Source: a virus. Taken from it: DNA of 64,000 nt. Positions 56,123 through 64,000 of the stretch are shown piece after piece. Position 1 is the first letter of the stretch, and every line of letters starts with the position of its first letter. The stretch lies in IMG/VR virus record IMGVR_UViG_3300040770_000132. One strand, 5' to 3'. A program made the translations under genes and the position numbers. The notes beneath the pieces were generated by a model. It was not told the DNA's origin. It ran no database searches and saw only the letters and a list, made by a program, of their open reading frames with translations.

Positions 56123-56698
56123 CTAAGTTTGTATAAAGTTATTACAGCTTGAGCATTCTATAGTAGGACAGTTATCACATTTCTTTAATAAGCATAGTTT
56201 TTTTAACTTTGCAATCATATCTATAGCTTGAGAATAATATCCAATTTCTAAAGATTTCATTACAGTATCTATAAGCATGTTTATAGTTATAACCATTTTA
56301 TTAGATTCCTCTTTATCGCAATTTATACATTGAGTTAATTGTAAATCAGTTAAATAATTAAGTAAACATGTATAGTAAGTTGAAAGATTATAAGTTATAC
56401 CTAATATTGGAGATTGACAATCTACACACCCAGGAATATCTACAAAAGTACTTTCTATTTCTATAAAACATATGTCTTCGAATTTAGAAATTCCAACACT
56501 ATTTGCATTTATAATTAAAACTTCTTTATTATTTACTTTTAACAATCTGCTATTTAAATTTATAGCCAACGAATAATCTTTAAAGTTAGACATTGTCCAA
56601 AATAATAATGAATTTATAGTATGTCCAATATTAGTTTCTACATCTATAGCTAACTGCGTACCGTTATTTATTATTTCAAAATTTTTTAATAATATCAT
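56123..56698 (-). CDS. Cys-rich structural-module protein (four CxxC pairs)
   Basis: ORF of 191 aa with CVDC, CINC, CDNC and CSSC. Confidence 0.4.
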   Translation of the reverse strand: MILLKNFEIINNGTQLAIDVETNIGHTINSLLFWTMSNFKDYSLAINLNSRLLKVNNKEVLIINANSVGISKFEDICFIEIESTFVDIPGCVDCQSPILGITYNLSTYYTCLLNYLTDLQLTQCINCDKEESNKMVITINMLIDTVMKSLEIGYYSQAIDMIAKLKKLCLLKKCDNCPTIECSSCNNFIQT

Positions 56699-56709
56699 TT
56701 TAGTTTAAA

Positions 56710-56744
56710 TAAAAAAAGGGAAGAAAGTTTTTGCTCTCTCCCCT
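56710..56744 (-). terminator. Intrinsic terminator after the 335-aa gene
   Basis: The minus strand reads AGGGGAGAGAG-CAAAAA-CTTTCTTCCCT (11 bp including 2 G-U pairs), followed by T7. Confidence 0.55.
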
Positions 56745-56766
56745 TTAAGGTTAATTATAAGTTGTA

Positions 56767-57774
56767 TTATACTACTGCTAAATTAGCTGGAACTAACGCT
56801 AATGTTCCAACAGCTGTTCTAATATCAGTTAAGATAGAGTTAGTAGCAGCGTTGTTAGCAACTACGTTTGTAACTTTGTCTACAAGAATTGTAAGCACTT
56901 TGTACTGACGTTCTTGAATAGTTTCGTTTCTAGGAGAGAAATATTTAATTTGAATAACATTATATATACCTGCTTTAGAAGTATAAAATGGAACATCAAA
57001 CCCAACTGGATATTCAAAATCTCTTTCAGCTGAATATTTCATACCTTTTACAAAGTACTCAAAGTTAGTTGCAAATTTACCAGTACCGTTACCATCACTT
57101 CCTGCAACTGTAACTGTAGATGTTAATAGTCCAAGGTTTGAATTGTAACCATTTGAAATGTTACTAAATACTTTACCTTGAGCTGTAAACAATAGTTTAC
57201 GACCATCAATTCTTCCAGGTTTGTTGTTTTGAGATTTCTCAGTAATTAAAATTCCAGTACCATCAGCAGCTACTGTAAATTCAGCATTACCTCTACGCAC
57301 TAAATTTTTATTTAAACTTGCAATTACACCATCACGAATAGTGGTAGCTGTATCAGATCCTAATAGTTCACCAGTTACGTAATAACCAGAGATAACTTCA
57401 AAGTTTTCAGGAGATAATTGATTCTCAAGTCTAATTTCAGCAGTGTAAGTTCTTTGAGCAGCAGCTACGCCACCTACAGCAAATCCATCAATTTTTACGG
57501 CTTTTAATACCTCTGGGGTATATTGAGCAACTGTGATTCTGTCAATGTAACGTGGATCAATCTTGTCTGAAAATTCATAATTCAATCCTTTAGCTGCGTC
57601 ACCAGCTGTTTTTTGCAATAAGTAAAAAGGTTTCCCAGCAGCAACGTTGCTACCGTCTTTTGATAACACTTTTACGGACTTATCTGCAGCAGAAGCTACA
57701 AATGTAGCTACAGTTGTTTGTGCAGCAGAAGTTGCTCCTACAATTAATTCTCCTACTTGATTCGGTGCGAACAT
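56767..57774 (-). CDS. Probably abundant virion protein (auxiliary capsid, decoration or ring protein candidate)
   Basis: ORF of 335 aa, Ala/Gly/Val-rich compared with its neighbours and followed by a terminator. Confidence 0.45.
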   Translation of the reverse strand: MFAPNQVGELIVGATSAAQTTVATFVASAADKSVKVLSKDGSNVAAGKPFYLLQKTAGDAAKGLNYEFSDKIDPRYIDRITVAQYTPEVLKAVKIDGFAVGGVAAAQRTYTAEIRLENQLSPENFEVISGYYVTGELLGSDTATTIRDGVIASLNKNLVRRGNAEFTVAADGTGILITEKSQNNKPGRIDGRKLLFTAQGKVFSNISNGYNSNLGLLTSTVTVAGSDGNGTGKFATNFEYFVKGMKYSAERDFEYPVGFDVPFYTSKAGIYNVIQIKYFSPRNETIQERQYKVLTILVDKVTNVVANNAATNSILTDIRTAVGTLALVPANLAVV

Positions 57775-57811
57775 AATTCTTTAGTTTTAATTTATAATAA
57801 TAATTTTTTGT

Positions 57812-58558
57812 TTATTCATTACGTGAATTTGTTTGAATAAACGCTTCTAAACCTTGCGGCTTATAATCACGCAATGCCAACTCCACAGATCTATCAAGTA
57901 TTTCTCGATGAATTCCTTCACCTAACTCACACTCTGTAACTGCACTTAAACCGTCTATTGTTAGACCGTCTGATGGGAATAATGTATTTAGATTACCCAC
58001 TATAATAGGTTTAGGATATTTTAAATATCTTCCTGAATAGTATGGTGAACTTAAAGTATTAAATTTTGATATTAGTTCAACTACAGTTTTCTTAGTATCA
58101 TATGACGCATCTAATCTCCAAACAGTATTATCATCTGGATTTTTAAAAGGGTTATTTACCTGTATATTGTAATCGTCATGCGTAATAGGGATTACTTTTA
58201 TTAATCTACCGTTGTTACAATCTGTCGATACAATTTGATACTGCTCATATATAATTAGAAATACATCCGTACTTAAAGTAAAAAATTTAGATGTAGAATG
58301 CAATCCGTTTGAATTAGTAGTAGAAACATTAGTTTTAAAAGGCTTTATTAAACCTTTTAAATCAGATCTTCTTTTTTCTGTATTTTCAAATCCAGTTTTT
58401 TTACGATTACTTAAAGGGTCATAATAATCTTTAATTAACTCTAATTGAGCTTTTGTAAGATATACAGAAATTTCATAGTCATCTAATCCCGGTGAGGAAT
58501 TGGAGGCTATGGCATTATAGTGTATTAAAAATTCATTTTTTAACTCTTGAGTAGTCAT
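57812..58558 (-). CDS. Head or head-tail joining module protein, unknown function
   Basis: ORF of 248 aa. Confidence 0.4.
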   Translation of the reverse strand: MTTQELKNEFLIHYNAIASNSSPGLDDYEISVYLTKAQLELIKDYYDPLSNRKKTGFENTEKRRSDLKGLIKPFKTNVSTTNSNGLHSTSKFFTLSTDVFLIIYEQYQIVSTDCNNGRLIKVIPITHDDYNIQVNNPFKNPDDNTVWRLDASYDTKKTVVELISKFNTLSSPYYSGRYLKYPKPIIVGNLNTLFPSDGLTIDGLSAVTECELGEGIHREILDRSVELALRDYKPQGLEAFIQTNSRNE

Positions 58559-58560
58559 AA

Positions 58561-59433
58561 TTATTTTTTGGCTTTATTTATCTTAGCTTCAATTATTAGA
58601 CGCACCTCTTGATTCTTAGCAGAATCTAAATAAGCTATAGCATTATCAAATGATGCTATTTCACCAGCATTACATAAATCAAGACCATCAATAGTTGAAT
58701 ATTTATTGCCTCTTTTCAATACAACACCTGCGTCAATACCTGAGTTTAATAATAGTTTAGTATAGAAAGCTTTATCATTTACAGCTGACACAAATTTACT
58801 AGGTGATTGATCGATAATCTCTTCTACTTTATGTTGTAACCAACTTAATTTAGAATCTGGAGATACAATTTTGTTTGTAAGTATTTTATATACTCCAAGC
58901 AATTTATCTTTATCATCTTCAATTTTACCATATAGTTTAAATGCTTCTTTCTTAGCATCGTATTTACCTTTGTTTTCAAGCATCTCTTCATCTTCGCGAG
59001 TAATTGCAAATTGATAAGTTTGGTTGTTATTACGAGCTGCCCAAGATGGTGCGATATCGTCTTTAGATAAGCACTCTAGTATTTTAATAGATATATAATC
59101 CATTGGTGAACTAGTGTCAAATCTATTACCAGCATCGTCTTTCCCAAGCCTAACATAATAATTATGCCAAAATGTTCCGTAAATTGATAAATCTAATCCA
59201 GTAGCGTCTTCAAGGTATTCTTTCTCCTCGTTAGTTAAAACATTTTTGATTGATCCATTTCGTTGTATAGGTGCTGCAAATTTTCTAACAGCATTAGACA
59301 ACATACCTCCTGATATAACGTGATTAGCTTCTACATTAGCTGCCATACCTCTACGTCTATTAATGTATTTAACAATTAATATTTCATTTGGTAATTTAAA
59401 AGTATTTTTTGATTCTGTAACTTCTGCTTTCAT
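58561..59433 (-). CDS. Head module protein, unknown function
   Basis: ORF of 290 aa. Confidence 0.4.
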   Translation of the reverse strand: MKAEVTESKNTFKLPNEILIVKYINRRRGMAANVEANHVISGGMLSNAVRKFAAPIQRNGSIKNVLTNEEKEYLEDATGLDLSIYGTFWHNYYVRLGKDDAGNRFDTSSPMDYISIKILECLSKDDIAPSWAARNNNQTYQFAITREDEEMLENKGKYDAKKEAFKLYGKIEDDKDKLLGVYKILTNKIVSPDSKLSWLQHKVEEIIDQSPSKFVSAVNDKAFYTKLLLNSGIDAGVVLKRGNKYSTIDGLDLCNAGEIASFDNAIAYLDSAKNQEVRLIIEAKINKAKK

Positions 59434-59484
59434 ATTCTTCAGTATTAATCTTCTTCCTAAGATTTTTGTTGTTAATGTTATAAG

Positions 59485-59520
59485 TTACCCTCCTAAAAAT
59501 ATAGTATGATTAGGAGGTAA
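59485..59520 (-). terminator. Hairpin downstream of the 504-aa gene (no U-tract)
   Basis: The minus strand reads TTACCTCCTAA-N13-TTAGGAGGGTAA. The stem is 11 bp with a 1-nt bulge. Confidence 0.4.
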
Positions 59521-59534
59521 ACTTATGAATTTAT

Positions 59535-61049
59535 TTAGTCAATAATTGACGGTTTTAATGTTGCAGTTCTAGATGGATCCTTAACCATTGCTCCGTACCC
59601 TTCGCAAAGTGCGGTCATAGTTGCAGAATCTTCCATTGTTTGCATTTCTCCACCTCTACGTCCAGTAAATGGATTTCTAATACCTCCTTGGTAGCCACGT
59701 AGTTCATCAGAACCAGCCACTTTAATTTTTTGGATATTAGGCTCTTCCATAGAACCGATGTAAAGAATGTCGTATCTGTAAGATTCAGCTACACCACCAT
59801 CTGGGTGAAGAACTTTATTTCTTACTTTATCGTCATATAATGGATCTACTTCTAACATCAAGTGAATGTTGTTAGGCGCTTTCCATTCTGTAAATTGGAA
59901 ACCTGCTACAAATGCGTTGGTATGGTATTTAGAAGTAGTTTGTTTAATTGCATTAGCGTTTGTATTATCAAACCCTAAAGACTGCCATCCTGAAGCTTGT
60001 TGTGTAACAGCTCTGTGGAATTGTGCAGCACCTCTTTCACCAGTACGCAACATAAACTTACGTTGATCCCAATCTAATTTACCTTCTGATAATTCAGACA
60101 ATAAATCTTCAATAAGCATAATTGAAAACTTGTTGTAAGTAGTAGTGTTAGACACTTCCATTTGCTCTCTAATTCCAGAACCAGCTTTAATTTCAATATT
60201 AGCATTACCTTTGTTTAAGTAACGACCATTCTCATCACGGTTTGTTTTACCAAACATGACAGTACGAGATTTAATACGTGACAAAGCTTTTTCAAACTGC
60301 CAGTAAACCTCTTGCATCCAAGTTACAGATTTATGAACTTTTCCAGTAGCTGGATCACGAGTTTCAATTCCTGCGAAATACACTGGTTCAATTTTACAGT
60401 CAATCATTTTTCCAGAAACTTTGTGTTCCATACGAATAGATGTAACTGAGTTTCTCATTAAGTAAGGAGATGTAAATTGAATACCGGCACCTTGGATAGA
60501 TAACTCGTCTTCAACTGGCGCTCCCTCAATAGAGAATTTGTTTCCAGCAACTAATTCATCACCAGGAATACCTGATAAAGATTCTTGACCTCCCCACACC
60601 TCACATGTGTATACGTAATTTTGACCTTCTTCATAAGGATCTTCTAAGATTCTCATTTGGTATACGTCTGGTCTATGACCTGCAATTAAATGCATTTTAG
60701 TAAACCATTTTTCAGCAAATACCATTTCAAAGGTAGCTCTAGCTTGTCCAACATTAGTTGTACCACTTGTAACTACTGCTCCGTTGTATCTAGCTTCTAC
60801 CAAAGGTATATTACGCTCATCACTACCTACTACTTTCCAAACAAAGTCAGAAGCACCTGCGCTTAATGTTTTGGTTGGAAACAATGATAAAGTTGTGTCA
60901 AGATTTTTCATTCCAGAATTCTGCAATAAAACGGTAGTTAATGGTGAAACCAATTCTGGCTTTTCTCCAAATAACTGACCAATGTGGTTTTTTAATGTTA
61001 AACCTGACCAGGCTTGACCCTTAGTCATAACGAACTTTCCTACTGACAT
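59535..61049 (-). CDS. Major capsid protein candidate
   Basis: ORF of 504 aa directly after the scaffold-like gene and two genes after the portal, followed by a stable hairpin. The call rests on position and size only. Confidence 0.45.
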   Translation of the reverse strand: MSVGKFVMTKGQAWSGLTLKNHIGQLFGEKPELVSPLTTVLLQNSGMKNLDTTLSLFPTKTLSAGASDFVWKVVGSDERNIPLVEARYNGAVVTSGTTNVGQARATFEMVFAEKWFTKMHLIAGHRPDVYQMRILEDPYEEGQNYVYTCEVWGGQESLSGIPGDELVAGNKFSIEGAPVEDELSIQGAGIQFTSPYLMRNSVTSIRMEHKVSGKMIDCKIEPVYFAGIETRDPATGKVHKSVTWMQEVYWQFEKALSRIKSRTVMFGKTNRDENGRYLNKGNANIEIKAGSGIREQMEVSNTTTYNKFSIMLIEDLLSELSEGKLDWDQRKFMLRTGERGAAQFHRAVTQQASGWQSLGFDNTNANAIKQTTSKYHTNAFVAGFQFTEWKAPNNIHLMLEVDPLYDDKVRNKVLHPDGGVAESYRYDILYIGSMEEPNIQKIKVAGSDELRGYQGGIRNPFTGRRGGEMQTMEDSATMTALCEGYGAMVKDPSRTATLKPSIID

Positions 61050-61075
61050 AGATTTTTGTTTTTAATTGTTATTTA

Positions 61076-62173
61076 TTATAGTACTAGCTCTGATCCATAA
61101 TTAGAAGAGTAACTATCTGGGTCTTGCATATACCCCGGAACACCACCGTCTTCAAACTTAGTTTTGCGTAATACTGTCTCTAGTTTTTTCACAGCAGAAG
61201 ACGTTACTGTTTTAGATATACCACTTAAATCTGTAAATCCTTTTGTTAATTCATATAGGTAATACATTTTAGTGTCAAATTCTATTGGGTTAGCAGATCG
61301 GCTTTGCATAAACTTGTTTTGAAGTTCACCACTTGAAGGATCTTTAGCTACAACTTCTGTCATAGTTTTAAATACCCTATCTTGCAAAGCTTTATTAGTA
61401 ACCATACCATCTATAATTGGTTTAGGATTATATATAGTATTTTTAATAGAATCGTTAATTCTTTCTTGTTCTAATTGTGATTCAACTAAAGATTGCTTAT
61501 AACGAGCTTTTTCTTGCTCTTCATTTCTTTTTTCAAACTCTTTCAAACTTTGAGTAGATTCTAAAGCTTCTTCTACAATCATATCTGCACCAAGATCAAT
61601 TGTTTTTCTAAGATATTTTCTAGCTCTATCTTCAGGTAAACCTTGATTAATATAATCTCTTAAAATAATATTTTTAGCAACTTCTAAATTATCATGTAAA
61701 TACTCTTCATCTATTGAATCTAATTGTAATTGTGTTTGCCTAGATGCAGCTATCTTTTCAAGATCTAGATTTGAAATATAGTCTTCAAGTTGTTTAGCAG
61801 ATTGCAGTTCAATTTCTCTTTTAAGAACTCCTACAAAATCATCAGCATTTTTAATTCCTTCTGAAGATTCTAACGAGGGTATAATTCCTTGCTCAATAAG
61901 AACGTCTGAGATGGAAGAATACAAGTTGGAAGAAGAATCATCATCATTAGAATCATCACCCTCGCTATCATCATCCCCATCTACGCTCTCTGAACTTTCG
62001 TCCTCAATAGGTTTATTTTTATCTACAAGCCCATCTGGCTCATTGTTGTCATCATCTTCTTCAGAACTATCATCTAAACCACCGTTTATATAATCGTTCA
62101 TGTCAAAAGGTTCGTCAGTATGTAACTCAGCGTTATCGCTAAATACTGACATCAAATTTAAATCATCTTCCAT
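61076..62173 (-). CDS. Scaffolding-like protein with a highly acidic N-terminal region
   Basis: ORF of 365 aa. The N-terminal ~90 aa are D/E/S-rich (DDSSEEDDDNNE...DGDDDSEGDDSNDDDSSS) and the C-terminal part is helical and charged. Confidence 0.45.
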   Translation of the reverse strand: MEDDLNLMSVFSDNAELHTDEPFDMNDYINGGLDDSSEEDDDNNEPDGLVDKNKPIEDESSESVDGDDDSEGDDSNDDDSSSNLYSSISDVLIEQGIIPSLESSEGIKNADDFVGVLKREIELQSAKQLEDYISNLDLEKIAASRQTQLQLDSIDEEYLHDNLEVAKNIILRDYINQGLPEDRARKYLRKTIDLGADMIVEEALESTQSLKEFEKRNEEQEKARYKQSLVESQLEQERINDSIKNTIYNPKPIIDGMVTNKALQDRVFKTMTEVVAKDPSSGELQNKFMQSRSANPIEFDTKMYYLYELTKGFTDLSGISKTVTSSAVKKLETVLRKTKFEDGGVPGYMQDPDSYSSNYGSELVL

Positions 62174-62195
62174 AATTCTTCCATTTTATAAAGTA

Positions 62196-62203
62196 CAAAG
62201 GTA
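62196..62203 (-). promoter_or_regulatory. TAnnTTTG (-7-like) motif upstream of the scaffold-like gene
   Basis: The minus strand reads TACCTTTG, 22 nt before ATG 62173. Confidence 0.3.
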
Positions 62204-62214
62204 CGGCTTTTAAA

Positions 62215-62261
62215 CTGCATATCCAATATAATTTTAATATATTTATATTGGATATATGCAG
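62215..62261. repeat. Long imperfect inverted repeat between the portal and scaffold-like genes
   Basis: CTGCATATCCAATATA (62215-62230) pairs with TATATTGGATATATGCAG (62244-62261). This gives 16 bp plus a 2-nt bulge, with a 13-nt AT loop. Confidence 0.7.
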
Positions 62262-62275
62262 CGTAATAGCATTTA

Positions 62276-64000
62276 TTATTTACTTGTAGATTTTTTAGCT
62301 ATCCTAGATATAGCGTTAGATTCTTTTTTAAGCTCAACATTGTCAGAATGTTTAACCATATCCTGATTAAGAGCTTTCATCTTAATTACCATATCATCTT
62401 TTTGTTTAGCAATATCTAATTGAAATTTCTCGCGATCTAACGGTGATTCAATACCATCATCTGTGCCAGTTTCTTCTATATCTCCGCTATGAGCTAATTC
62501 AGCTATATAGCGTTTAGTTGCATCATCTCTCAAGTCTTTAGCTTCTTGTAAAACCATAAGTTTATCTTGAGTAACTTTAGCTTCAGCATTAGCAGCCTGT
62601 TGAGTTTCATTAGCAGCTTGTGAAGATTCTTGTTGACGTTGATGAACTTGTTCCTCAGCATCTTCCAATCGTCTTCTCATATCTGATAACGAAGGGCTAA
62701 AGTATATATCCATGATAGTAGACATAGTTCCACCATTCTGAATAAAAGCTTGTGCATTTTGTTTAATCATTTGTTCAAGTTCAGCAGTTTTAGAACTAGT
62801 TGTAATAACTAATCCATAATCGCATTCTGAGAATGACTCTCCGTCCATATTTAAAATCTCAATAGATTGATCATCTAATATATTTTGAACTTTCTTATTT
62901 TTACCTTTAAGAGCAATTTTAGCTGTTTCTAAAAAGCATTCTAACACTCTAATTTTACAGTTGTCATGAGACATGAACCAATACTCTGTAATATGAGATG
63001 ATTGATTTACAGCTCTCTCTACACCACCGACAGTTTCTCTATTTTCAACTTGACCCTGTCTTTGTGCAGATACTCCAGCAATCTCACCCATTTCCATCTT
63101 GATGAATTCAAGTAATTGTATATGTTGTTGAATATAAGCTCCAGTTTCCATATCCATTACTCTACCACCTTGAGTATTCATTGATCCAGCTAACTTACCT
63201 GTAGAAGCACCTTGATTACCTTCTTTAAATGAATCTATTACAGCAATCTTATTAACTACTGCAAAGTGCATCCATTTATCTATTTCCCAGTTTTCAGGAA
63301 CTTTAGCAATATCTAATTCAAATATTTTACCGTAGTTAGTAGCAATAGCCTTATTAAGTCTATCCCAAATTACATCATACATGTATTGATAGTTTTTACA
63401 TCTATCAACTAATGATACTGCTTCAGATTGATTAGTATTATAAACTTGACCTACTATACCAGCATGACATTTAGACGGATTAAGCAATGTGTTGTATTGA
63501 ACTTTTCTAGGTCTGATATTTAAGAATATATCTTTACCAATCTTAGTACCTTCCCAGAATTCATTAACCCACATTTCCTTAACTTCTTCACCCATATCTT
63601 TATCTGCAATATATTCTTCAGAAGCTATTTTATATTGCTCTTCTCCAAACTCGTCATAGTATTTAACTTTCTTAATAAGTTTTACAGATCGCCAATACAT
63701 TCTAAGAACTCTGATGTTACCACTAGCGTCAGTATAGTTAGATCCAAATACGTGACCGTTAATTTCAGCCATGTTAAATATAGTATCGTAAGTACCTTCA
63801 GAAGATCCTAGCTTATCACCAAACAATACGTGGTTATTTTGATCATCAGAGTATTCACCTTTAGTACCAGTAGTATCGTAGTCAATGATATAATCTATAT
63901 CCTGAGGTTTAAGCTCATCGTGAAAGTAATCTATAATTTTTCCAGGAGACCAGTGGTCCTCAATAATAATAATTGTAGAATCTTCTATTCTATCAGAGTT
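62276..64000 (-). CDS. Portal protein candidate; 5' end outside window
   Basis: The frame stays open from 63826 to the window edge, so the track start at 63826 is an internal TTG. The portal call is inferred from the gene's size, its charged K/E/Q-rich coiled-coil-like C-terminal tail and its position upstream of the scaffold-like and capsid-candidate genes; no diagnostic portal motif was identified by eye. Confidence 0.6.
   Translation of the reverse strand, partial: NSDRIEDSTIIIIEDHWSPGKIIDYFHDELKPQDIDYIIDYDTTGTKGEYSDDQNNHVLFGDKLGSSEGTYDTIFNMAEINGHVFGSNYTDASGNIRVLRMYWRSVKLIKKVKYYDEFGEEQYKIASEEYIADKDMGEEVKEMWVNEFWEGTKIGKDIFLNIRPRKVQYNTLLNPSKCHAGIVGQVYNTNQSEAVSLVDRCKNYQYMYDVIWDRLNKAIATNYGKIFELDIAKVPENWEIDKWMHFAVVNKIAVIDSFKEGNQGASTGKLAGSMNTQGGRVMDMETGAYIQQHIQLLEFIKMEMGEIAGVSAQRQGQVENRETVGGVERAVNQSSHITEYWFMSHDNCKIRVLECFLETAKIALKGKNKKVQNILDDQSIEILNMDGESFSECDYGLVITTSSKTAELEQMIKQNAQAFIQNGGTMSTIMDIYFSPSLSDMRRRLEDAEEQVHQRQQESSQAANETQQAANAEAKVTQDKLMVLQEAKDLRDDATKRYIAELAHSGDIEETGTDDGIESPLDREKFQLDIAKQKDDMVIKMKALNQDMVKHSDNVELKKESNAISRIAKKSTSK

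Noticed and set aside
63826-64000. The portal ORF start at 63826 as listed in the track.
   Set aside because: Codon 63826-63824 is an internal TTG, and the frame stays open to the window edge. The gene is therefore 5'-truncated by the window.
19059-64000. Stop-codon reassignment (TAG or TGA recoding), as reported for some crAss-like phages' late genes.
   Set aside because: All late genes, including the >1000-aa ORFs, are uninterrupted under the standard code. There is no evidence for recoding in this window.
1-64000. CRISPR arrays, tRNA or rRNA genes, integrase or transposase genes, or prophage attachment sites.
   Set aside because: I saw no regularly spaced direct repeats, no gap large enough for a structured RNA gene apart from those examined, and no recombinase motifs in any ORF.

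Overview
The window is a visibly AT-rich, densely packed tailed-phage genome fragment. I found no rRNA, tRNA, CRISPR array, integrase or transposase. It has two convergent arms that meet at a bidirectional hairpin terminator near 19.0 kb. The plus-strand arm (1-18988) is an early/metabolic module. It holds a five-gene amide-bond cluster: two C26-type class I glutamine amidotransferases, a candidate GCS-like carboxylate-amine ligase, an Ntn class II amidotransferase and an Amidoligase_2-like protein. It also holds a RusA-like resolvase candidate, a RecB-type PD-(D/E)XK nuclease, a compact class I ribonucleotide reductase (beta and alpha), an SF2 helicase, an insertion-bearing thymidylate-synthase homolog, two metallophosphoesterases and many small ORFs. 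The minus-strand arm (64000 down to 19059) is a late/virion module. In transcription order it runs: portal (5' end outside the window), acidic scaffold-like protein, 504-aa capsid candidate, head/tail proteins, a GT25-like glycosyltransferase, tail fibre and beta-helix tailspike, an embedded lysis cassette with a GH19-like endolysin, a third metallophosphoesterase with its own promoter-like motif and terminator, an HU/IHF-like protein, a 1362-aa tail protein, then five large presumed internal virion proteins. One of these (2277 aa) carries a DFDIDKM motif resembling the RNA polymerase beta-prime NADFDGDQM site, and another (1401 aa) carries an HExxH zincin motif. This layout resembles crAss-like podoviruses of Bacteroidota (as I recall, e.g. 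Cellulophaga phage phi14:2), but that needs a database search to confirm. The most interesting unexplained element is the amide-bond cluster at 1-6138, which has no identifiable product or target. All functional calls rest on motif recognition by eye and are not search-verified.
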